A stretch of DNA of 64,000 bases from Paraspadella gotoi (lineage: Eukaryota > Animalia > Chaetognatha). The position numbers and the translations under genes were made by a program. The notes under the pieces were generated by a model. That model saw nothing but the letters and a program-made list of their open reading frames with translations, did not search any database and was not told the DNA's origin. The stretch is from assembly GCA_051294375.1 (NCBI GenBank), contig CM119267.1, forward strand, positions 20,833,476 through 20,897,475, in the 5' to 3' direction. Within the stretch, counting starts at the first letter, position 1. Each line of letters opens with the position of its first letter. Positions 39,740-53,753 of this stretch are shown in pieces.

Positions 39740-42700
39740 TTAAGCTCTCCTCATCGACATTTCGATCTCATCGGCTCCGTACAATCCTCCGCATCCGCTC
39801 ACAAACATAATTTTTCCGACGCAATTTGCGCAAAACTCTCCGTCGGCGCTACTCGACAATCCACTCCACCACCAGGGGCCTCTGATCGCGCGGTCGCCGT
39901 CTTTGGAATCGCTCGTGACGAATCTCGATCCGTTGCATCGCTGGAGAGGATCCACCTCTTCCACTCCTCCCCACGACCAAGCCTTTCTCTTCCCCAGCAC
40001 CAGCGGGAACCCCAGCCGTTCTTTGCCAATTGAAAACCCTTCGTAGACGATCCATCCCCACTTGGACGGCAGGTCGGCGCGGCAACTTCGCTGCACCAAT
40101 CTCGCGGCGATCATTAACTCCCACGAGCCGTTCCGCGTCAGACGGTGCATCCTGTGCAGCCCGAGCCAGAACTCGTGAGCTTGGGGAGATCCGAATCCCT
40201 CGACGAAGTCGTTCCACTTCGAGAAGGAGTTACCGAACTTCTCGTCGGTGTAGTCGCTGCCGAAGGCGCGGCGTTGGAGTTTGATCCAATCCGTTTTTCG
40301 GACTGTAGAGAAGTTTGAAACGTTGGGAAAAGAGACACGCATTTAATGATCTGTTAAATCATTTTCTCCGTACCAAAAATATAACTATTTATTAAAAAAA
40401 AAAATATCAGTTCCTCTAAAGATAATCTAATTAAAAACATCGTGTACTGAGTTGAAGAAAATAATGTGAACTTTGATATTTTTGTTACTTTAATCTGTAT
40501 AAAGTGTGATTGGTCCTCCAGAAAGTTTGTTTTTTAAATGAAAAGAAAGAAGTTTCAATCTTGTTAAAAAAATAAACGAATAGACTTCTGTTTAAACTTC
40601 TCGTTCTCTCGCAAAGCGCTTTAAAATCCCATCAATCTTTAGACAAACTTCCTAAACACTTGACGAAAAAAAAGTGATTATCCGATTAAATGCGATACCT
40701 CACCCTCCCTCCAACCCACCAGAACGTCCTTACCCAAATATCTCTCGCTTTCCATCATATCCACCTTCTCTCTCAACCTCTCGTCCTCTTCCTTCAATCC
40801 CCACAGCTTCGAGTTGAGGCATTGGGCGTACGAGGCCGCTCCTTCCTCCAGCTCTGCCGGGCACGCCTCGCAGGGCCTCAAGCTCGCCTTCAGCTTGAAG
40901 GTGGCGGCGGGACATCGCCCGCACTGCATCGTTCCGTTGGGATAGTAGATCGGAGACTGGGGTTTGGTAAAATGGTGGGTTGCGAGTTAAAAGATGGTTG
41001 TGGGTCGTGTTTTTGACGGATGGTCGTGGCGTTTTTTAGTTTTTGAGGAAATATTTACTTTTCAGTTTTCATACATCATTAGATTAGAAATTTGACGTAA
41101 ATTCACTGTAATTACTGTAATTAGACTAAAAAAGTTAAAATTAATAACCCGTCATTTACGTGGTTCAACTTCTAATCATTTTGTATTGAATAGAAAACAA
41201 AGTTTATTTGTTTAAAAAAACAACAGATTTTGATTCCAAAAACCCGTTGTTTGTAAACAAATAAACTTCCCTGAAAACGCTAGGAAAAGAAAGTCTTAAC
41301 AAAAATCATTTTGTAATCATTAATCATTAGTCGGAGGCAATTTAGTTTGTATGTTGGACGAAATTTACCAATTTACTCGAATAATCTTTTTCCCGCCATT
41401 CTTCCCCTTACCTCCCCCACTCCGCAACGACATTCCTCCCTCGCTTCCTCGTTCCTCTTTCTCGTCTCGTCGAACTCCTTCCTCCTCGCCTCCTTCCACT
41501 TTTCCTTCTGACTCCACATCTCCAACTCCCTCTCTCCCAACAAACATCGGACCCTCGACGAGACGTTGGAGGCTTCCTCCAGGCATTCCACGACGGAGCC
41601 GAGTTGACGCCACTCGTTGATGAGTTTGAGCGTGAGATCGATGTGCTTCTCCACGCGATCGAAGGTGTTGGTCGGGGGGACGTGGACTTTGTCGTCGTCG
41701 TCGTCGTCGTCTTCTTCCTCCTCCACCTCGTCGCCGCAGTGATTAAAGACGCATCCCCTCCCGACGTCTTCGGTTCGCGGACACAACTTGGTCAGCAAAA
41801 ATCGAGGAAAAGTTTTGTCGCCGAATTTCGTTCGGTTTTCGACGATGTCAACGTTGAGGTCTTCCAATGCCGCTGCTGCCGCCTGCTCGGTCGGGAAAGA
41901 AAGTAGGGAGAGGCGAGTGGAGGGCGAAGGGCGAGGGGGTGAAAACGTTGTTTATCTATTAAATTAGGAGATTAGTAAATAGCGGAAAAAGCTAAATTAC
42001 TACCCTGTGAAGAGACAGTAATTAGAACCTGCATTATGCAGACCCTGAGCTTCGGATCAGGGTATAACACCGTGTTACAGGTGGGCCAGGCGGGTTAAGC
42101 GCCCCGTCCCTCTTAACTGCTAGGCGACCACCGGGCAAGAACTCCGCATATTGGGTGATGACCGGTTGGTGGATTTTAGTCCACAATTTTAGGGATAATT
42201 TTAATAAGCTTTATTAATGATTTAGAAATATTATTTCAAAAACTAAATCATTAATAAAGCTTATTAAAATTATCCTTAAAATTGTAAAATAAGATTTTTA
42301 CAAAAAACTGTTCTTCAGTACTACAAGTATCGACGAAGTAACTCTTTTAGTAATCTGGAGACAGTCTTGCCAACTTTTGTGTCTTTTAAATCTCACTCTT
42401 TCAGTCGTTCTTATCCTCTTCTGACTATTTCCCATCCTCTTTTTCAATTTTCTGCCCCCATTACCTCACCCAACCCCACCCTTGCCCACCCACTAACCCA
42501 CCTTCGCCTCCTCCTTCTCTCCCATCACCCTCTCCACGAACTTCCGCTCGAACGCCCCTTCAACGACGTCGAAATGATACAAGGAAAAAGACACCGACGC
42601 TCTATCGGCAAAAGCAGCGATTTCCGGCAAAAAGCGCCGGGCGTCGTTCAGCGCCTCCTGCGGCAGCAATTTTCCTAAAATTTCGCGCCGCCTGGCGTCG

Positions 42701-43657
42701 TCGGTGGCGCCGAAGGCCGCGAAGGCGCGCCCGAAGGAGGCGGCGTCGACGGAGTCTTCGTTGAGGAGGTCGACGAGGACGTCGACGTGGGATTCGGTGG
42801 AACGGACGAAGGTGAACTGAGATTTTATTGATTGATTGACTGATTAATAAAATCAATTTTTTTTATCGATTGCTTTATTGGTTTCTTCGTCGGTTGATTG
42901 ATTCGTCTTTTGATTTATTGATCGATAATCAATATTTTTTTTGAATAAAAGATTGATTGTTTGTCCAAGCCAACTTTCCTACCCTGCCAGGATTGATTCA
43001 TCGATTGAGTGATTGATTGATTTCTTATTATATTTAAATGTTCAATGCTTCAAAAGTTTGATTCGGTAAATGATCGAATGATTGGTTCTTTCTTCACTGA
43101 CCGAAAACCGCAAATTTTGGACGAGTCGATTTTTAAACTCGTTCATCGTGGCTTCGACGATTTCTTCCTTGCCCTCGTTCGACATCGAATCGTCAAACTC
43201 CAGCGGGGTTATCATTTCCTTGATACTATCTTGATAATTATCCAAAATGTTCGGAATGTCCTCGACCGTCTCTTCGAGGGCGTTTCGTAGCAAGAGGGAT
43301 TTCTCATCGACATCGGTTTCGTTCTGGAGGCAAGAAGGAGCGGAAAGGATCGTTACCTACGCGCTCGAATCGCTGGATCATAGTTTCAATATCTACAATA
43401 CTAGTATATTCCTGATCTAACTGCGTTTATTATATAATTGGCGTTTAAGTAAGAATGTCGAATAATTAAGAAAAAAAAAGGTAAATAAAACCAAATTAAA
43501 TTAATTAAAATATCAATTAGACGAAATCAACGTATACCTGCATCGCGGATTTGACGGAGATGTAGCGAAAGACGGACCTAGCGATTATCGTCATGCATCC
43601 GTCCGAGGTCGCGGCCAACGCGAAACAAAAGAACAGCGCCGCGAAAAATCGTGACAT
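39740..43657 (-). CDS. Secreted fibrinogen-related-domain protein, divergent paralog C (637 aa), 6 exons
   Basis: Minus-strand exons 43657-43538 (MSRFFAALFFCFALAATSDGCMTIIARSVFRYISVKSAMQ), 43323-43102, 42816-42502, 41882-41412, 40956-40734 and 40302-39740. All introns are GT-AG with phases 0,0,0,0,1; 1914 nt open. Homologous motifs: LEETVEDIP, KFGDKTF, GCVFNHC, CGRCPAATFK...CEACP, YAQCLNSKL, WIKLQRR, GFGSP..HEFWLGL. Confidence 0.85.
42008..42185 (-). mobile_element. Degenerate solo LTR of the same family as the TRIM at 37182, in intron 3 of paralog C
   Basis: The reverse complement contains gtggactaaaatccaccaacc, gcccggtggtcg, aagagggacggggcgcttaacccgcc, ctgatccgaagctcaggg and ends ttactgtctcttca. 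It has internal deletions and no TSD. Confidence 0.85.
42183..42285. repeat. AT-rich hairpin / MITE-like inverted repeat: 43-bp arms with 1 mismatch and a 17-nt spacer
   Basis: 42183-42225 (acaattttagggataattttaataagctttattaatgatttag) is the reverse complement of 42243-42285. Confidence 0.8.
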
Positions 43658-44103
43658 TTTTAATCAAATCGAAAATTAAATGAGAAACCAACCGGAGGTT
43701 TATCTTAGTTTTATTTTCGCTCCTGTGTTTTACACACACACAAAAAGTTTTACACACACACAAAAAGCGAAGTTCGATTTCTAATATTTTTTCGTAATGA
43801 TTAGAAAAAAAGATGCTCTCTGTGGCCGCGAGAGTCGGTGTGAATCGAGATCCAATCAAAATATATATTTTTTTAAAAAAAAATTTTTTTATCTTACATA
43901 TTATAAATTGATTATAAAAAAAATATGAATTTCTGACCAATATTTTAATTTATAATTAATAATTTTAAATTTTGAATTCCTTTTTTCTGAATAAATTAGA
44001 TAAAACACAAAATAAAAACCCCACCTCGAACCGCCAAGCGGTCAAGTGCGGAATGTGAAGTACCTCTTTGGATTTTCCTTTTCAAAAACTCGAAAGAAAG
44101 GGA

Positions 44104-44153
<50 letters not shown>

Positions 44154-44803
44154 TCTCTCTTCTCTCTCCCCCGATCCCAACTTCAAAATCGACCCGAAGA
44201 TAACTCACACTCTCACGCCAGAAGCGGACGTTTGTTTACGCCAGAGACGGCCGACCACGAATCGCGAGAGACGTTGATCGGAGGGGGGGGGTTGGGCGTG
44301 GCCGGAAATAGATGGGTGCGCTCGGCGGTGAGGCGGAGATTTCGGTGAATTGTGGTTACGATTCACGTAAATACGACGAAGATTCGTCATCTTTTTTTTC
44401 TGTCGCGAGAATTTTTTTCTTTTTTTTTTTCTTTCGAAGGTCAAAGTCGATATCGTTCGTCTTTGTCGTCCTCGTTGTGGTTGTTGACGTTGTTGTTGTC
44501 GTTGTTGTTGTTGTTTTTATTTGGTTGCTTCTAACGAATCGAAATACCTGGAGGTAGTGATTTGAAAAATCAAGGTTTTGTTTAAAATATAACACAACCA
44601 CCAAGATCGACCGAATCGACCGGAGAAAAGCATAACGTCTATTATGACAATTTTCATTAAATTTTGTATCTATTTTATATTTTCAACTCGTTTTTGTTCG
44701 CACTTATTTTTTATCTTTTTTCCCTTCGCCAAGAAAAAATTCTTCTTCTCAGCCATTTCCAAATCATCATAACCATTTTCATCAGTTCCCTTCTTCATCT
44801 TCT

Positions 44804-44846
<43 letters not shown>

Positions 44847-45241
44847 TTTCCCTTCAGCTTCCAAATCTCCTTTTCCCTCCGTCATTTCGCGTCTCGAGAG
44901 ACGAAGTCACAAAAATTCAACTTCGATAATTTTCCTTCCGTTATCCTTTCTTATTTCGTCCTCTCTGATCCTCTGCTCTCTTCTTCTCTCTCTTTCTCCT
45001 CGTCCTGTCCATCTCTTCTCTCTCTCTCTCTCTGCCTACTCTCTCGTCCTCTCTGCCTCTCTCTCTCTCTTCTCCTCTGCCCTCTTCTCGGTCCTGGCTT
45101 CTCTCATGCTAGTACTATTCCCCTTTTGCGTGTTCCTCGTTAAAAAATGTTTAACCCAGTTTCTCTTCCCTCCACTGAAGAGAAATCTTTTCTTATTTTT
45201 TCTCTCCACCCTCTCGTTCTCTCTTTTGCTTCTCTTCTCTT

Positions 45242-45273
<32 letters not shown>

Positions 45274-47659
45274 TCTCTCTTCTTCTCTCTCTCTCTCTCT
45301 TCTTCCTCTCTCCTCTCTCTCTCTCTCTCTTCCTTTATCTTTCTCTTCTTCTTTTTCTGCCTCCTCATTGTCCCTTTCTCCCTTTTTTCCTCCTCCTTTT
45401 TTCCTTCTCCCCACTTTTCTATTTCCACTTATCGTAATTTCCTATAAATTTTCACATCATTTTAGTAATTATTTCCAATCTTATCAAATGTTAGCCTTTT
45501 CTCTCTTTCACTACGTCTTAGCTTTTTTTATATTTTTATCTTTTTATCATTTAACTTCTTTATCTTTCTGTCACCTCATCTCCTATTTTATTTTATTTAT
45601 TCATTTCATTTTATTATTTTATTCCAAATATTCGTTCTCTTCTTCCTCCTTATTCATTTCTTCTTCTCCTCAGCCGATGCGCTTCATGTCCATTCATTTG
45701 GATTTGATTCCATCTTCTTTTCGATATCCATTCGCTTCATTTCTCTTTTGTTATCATTTCGTTTCGCTTTCGAGAAATCTATGCCTTCCTTTCTTCATGT
45801 TCTTTCTTTATTATTGCGTCGGCATTTTTCTTTGCTTTAAAAGAAACAAAGTGTCGCCGTTACTTTCGTTGTTTTCTTTTTTTAAACAATATCATTTACA
45901 TTTTTAAATAAAGTTTATAGGTATGTCAATATGTCAAAGTAACTCGCCATTTTTCAAATTTAATTTTTCTAAATTGATATTATCTGTCAAATTACTCATC
46001 TGTATTGAAAGATCTCATTCTGAAGTTTTCCAGAGACAATTTTAGAGAAATGAATTATTCATGGTAGACTTCGTTATTAATCAATAACCTATAGTTATTA
46101 AAAAAAAAAACCAAGTCAACACAAGCCAAAAAATTATAACTACTCATTAGTAAGCTAATCTCAACCGCATCTACTATAAAGGACGGTAACTTCTTATTCC
46201 ATTTTAAGTCTTTGAATTTTTAACAATAAAAATCTCATCAACTCGCGGACCACAATTTTCTCCTTTTCCTCCCCCTCCTCCTCCTCCTCCTCCTCCTCCT
46301 CATCTCTCCACTGATTGGAGTTTTATTTTTTAATCAGATTTTAATTGTCAAACCTTTTTACTCCTTCATTCTCTCGGCTAATTTCTTCTTTCTATCAATT
46401 TTACGTCGATGTTCCGTCTCGTTCATCTTATTTGCCTCCCGAAAGAAACCCAATATATTGAGATTCTTTACGCGAAGTAATAACAAAAAATAATTAATTT
46501 AACGAAACTATTTTTCATTACATTTTTAAATTAAATTAGCGTTCGCCGAATAAATACTTTTAAATTTTTTAATAGTTAATAAAGACGAAATACCATAGAG
46601 CGGCGCGAGACAGGACGAACAACAACTCGTTGACAAAATCTCAGTCTCAATACTACTTCTCCGCTAAATTCCAAACTTAACCATTAATCTACCCTTCAAA
46701 ATTTATAAATATTTTTTCCCCGGCGCAAGACCTTATACAAGCTAACCGATTTACCACCAGTCTCGGTGTCGGGCCAGGTCGACTCAGAACTCTTTCTTAG
46801 TTTTTTTTTTAAAATCGTGCTCATAAGATCGACCGTCTCTGACAATAGTATGTCAACGATTTAAAAAACTCCCCTTATCCTACATTCCCTCTTTTTCTTC
46901 CCGAGACCACTCCTCGTCTTTCACACTTCGTCGATACAATATCTTCTCTTTCCCAAACCGGAAGTGGCCACGCCTCCAGTGGCATCCGTCGCGCGAGTAG
47001 AAGGCGCGAGATAATCCTTTTTTTATTTCCAGAACCGAAACCGGAAGCGCAGGGCGTGAATCAAAAAATAAAAATTATATTTAAAAAGAACGAGCGTGAA
47101 ATGAGGGGGAAGCTGGCGAAGCTGACGAGGACACGGCAACAACTACAACAACAACAACAACAAAAACAACAACAACGACAACAACAACAACGACGACGAA
47201 GACAACAACGACAACGACGACGGCCGCGTCTGGCAACAATCGGCGCGGAGGCGTCGATGCGTAACGATACCGATTTCACTCCGGAAACCGGAAAAAAAAA
47301 AATATCTCGGCAACAATGATGTCTGACGGTCGACAATGCAGATCGAAGGAAAACAAAAAGGCTGACGACGATGATGACAATGACGACGACGACAGGAGCA
47401 CTGACAACGACTCTCCGACGGATGATGACGACCACGACGACGAAGACAGAAACGGCCAACCAAAGAGGCATTGGTCGGTACCTAATGTGTCATTTGTGGA
47501 ACGTATCGAAATTAATCTCACTTTACGGTCATAGGACGACAATATAACTAATATTAAATTTAAAGCGATGACGAGGTCGGAGATTGAAACTAAAAATAAA
47601 GGAAAGGTCGGGGAACAAAACCGAACAACAACAACAACAATCATTGGGTCCGACCCCGT

Positions 47660-47690
<31 letters not shown>

Positions 47691-47782
47691 GTTGGGGCGA
47701 AAATATTATCGATTTGATTTAAGCAGGAGAGAAACAAGGGAAGGAGCGACTCTGGAGAAAAGAAACAGAGAGAGAGAGAAGA

Positions 47783-47815
<33 letters not shown>

Positions 47816-50400
47816 GTAGAGCAGATGAGGAGAGAGAGAGAGAGGAGAGAGAAAAGAAGGAACAATGGGAAGGGAGAGAGGAAAATCAATCACCAGTCCC
47901 GAAGCGAGCGGTTTTGGCTATAGGGTAAAATTTAATGGCGCGAGATGCATGCCGAACAGAAAGGGTGTGTTGTAGAAGAAGAGAGAGATATAGAGAGAGA
48001 GAGGAGAGAGAGAGAGAGAGCAGTAGAGAGAGAAGGGACGAGAAGAGAGAGCGAAGTATAGATAGAGTACAGAGCAGACGGTTAACAAAAACAAAGTAAA
48101 AAATCTTGCGAATGAAGAGAGTGGAGACATAGAGATTGAACGAACATTTAATCATCGTCCAATCGACTCGGTCGCAACACTGAGCGACGTCTCCCATTCT
48201 CTGCGTCGGCTGTTCTGACGAACTGTTTGGGCCGTTTTGCTTTGGCTTTTATTTGTCCAGTTTAGCCTCTGTTGTTTTGTAGCGTTCACGAAATGTAAAT
48301 GCACCAAAATGGATATTGTTCTCTATCGTACTAATTAATTTTCTATCTACCTTTAATCTAACTGTCTACTTTCTCTAATCTAGTTGTCCTAGTTTTCAAT
48401 GTACCTTGTTTAAACAACACAATCTTATCAGTCTTCTCCTCCTCTCTCTCCTCTCACTCTCCTCGGCTCATCTCCTCTCTCTCTCTCTCTCTCTCTCTCC
48501 TTCTCTCTCTTCTCTTTCTCTTTCTAAAGAAAAGTACAAATCGTTTGTTGTTTTTTGTTCTAAATTTATTTTCAAAATAAAACCTTGTCAAAAAAGTCAA
48601 TACCATATGAGTGGTTTAATTACTGCTGTATAATTCTTTAAATTTTCTCGCCATTGTAGCAATAACCAACATTACTTACCATTGGGCGAATCGAACAAGT
48701 GACAACGGCGAACACTTTTCCTTTTTTAAAATTTGTATCACAAAAGTTTTTCCGTAATCTCAAAGATTGAATATTTCACAAAGTAAATAGACAATAATGA
48801 ACGACGTCCTTACCTTTTATGGAAGAAACCCCCCCGCAGAGTCTCGGATGAAAGAAAGAATAAAAGAAAATAATAAACAATTTTAATTCGGTCCTTGAAG
48901 AAAGCGTAATATAGTTGCAATGTAATCGTTTCCGGTAAGGAACCTATAACCTGCCTTTTTTAAGACTAAATAAAGTCGTAACTGGCGTACAACAACAAAC
49001 AACCAACAAACACCATAACAACAACAACAAAACAACAACACAACAAAACAACAAATCATCGATACACGAAGACGGAAAAAAAAACAAAGGAGAGACTGAA
49101 AAACAGAGGAAACAATAAACAAGTTGACTGGGACAAACAAAGGCGGTGGAGAGAGAGATGAGAGAGAGAGAGAAGAAGGAGAAGAGTGGGGAGACGAGCA
49201 AGCTTCATGGTAGGGAGCGTTAGAGAATGAGAGAGAGAAGAAGAGGAAGGAAAGAAGGGGAGGGAAAATAGAGAGAGAGAAAAAGAGAGAGAGGCATTGT
49301 TTTACTAGGTAACAGCACCAACTTCATAATCTTGTTACAAAACTGGAAAAGGGGGAAAAAAAAGGATACAGCGACTTAGTGAAAGAAAAAAAGTTAGAAT
49401 GAGATGATGAATGGATGATGATGAGATGTGATGAGATAATGAAAACGATGACATCGATAGGACTATATAAAAATGGATCGAACCGAGCGCCGATGATAGT
49501 TATAATCAATGTTATTATTTGTAACAAAGAACTGTTAATACAAACACGGACACAGATAATAGGTCGTAAATGACCGGCTAATAAAATAAGAAAAGTTGAG
49601 GACCAATTTAAAATAAAAAGATAATATGTTATAAGCTTAATTATTAATGAGTCAACAATATTTAATAAATTATAAAGTAATAAGTAAATGTGAAGATTTC
49701 ATTAAATCGCGTGGTTGATAAACGAGCGACTATCGGGCAGCGGACGCAAGACAAGATTTCCGAAAAAAACAAAAACAAGATGTTATAAAATGTAAAGACC
49801 AACGAACGATGACCGAACGAAACGAATGACGACGAACGACGACGACTAGATCAGAGTCAAATTCGAGCCTCAACAGACTGCACATTATACAAGAAACGAT
49901 CGAAATTCCTTGGTGAAACAANNNNNNNNNNNNNNNNNNNNNNNNNCTTGGCGAATGAGAGAGAGTGGGAGACCAAGAGAGTGAGACGATACATTTATCA
50001 TCGTCCATCGACGTCGCAGACACGAGCGACGTCTTCCAATCTCTCGTCGGCGTCGACGAACTGTTGGGATGTCTTTCGCTTTGCTTCTTATTTCATTTAG
50101 CCTTGTTGTACGTTTAACCAAATGCTTACCAAATATTCTTCTCATCGTACTCTAACCTAATTTAATTTCCCTTTACCTTTAATCTCTAAACTGTCTACTT
50201 TCTCTAATCATTGTCCTTTTCGCAATTCTTTGTTGGTAACNNNNNNNNNNNNNNNNNNNNNNNNNNNNNNNNNNNNNNNNNNNNNNNNNNNNNNNNNNNN
50301 NNNNNNNNNNNNNNNNNNNNNNNNNNNNNNNNNNNNNNNNNNNNNNNNNNNNNNNNNNNNNNNNNNNNNNNNNNNNNNNNNNNNNNNNNNNNNNNNNNNN

Positions 50401-53500
<3,100 letters not shown>

Positions 53501-53555
53501 AGATGAAGAGAAAGAGAGAGAGAGAGAGAGNNNNNNNNNNNNNNNNNNNNNNNNN

Positions 53556-53590
<35 letters not shown>

Positions 53591-53753
53591 GAAGAAATCA
53601 AACATTGATTTTTTTACTGATTCGCTCACAGATTAAAATCTCTCGACCTTCACGTGAGGTGGATCAAAATCTTCGATATAACTGCTCAGAAATAGATTAA
53701 TTGAAACCGATTATTACAATAATGAAAATAATCTTCCACAACAAATGAAAACC

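Noticed and set aside
44664-48200. Many 70-200 aa ORFs rich in SL, RE, poly-Q, poly-R or poly-T
   Set aside because: They are translations of (AG)n, (CAA)n and (GAC)n microsatellites on both strands.
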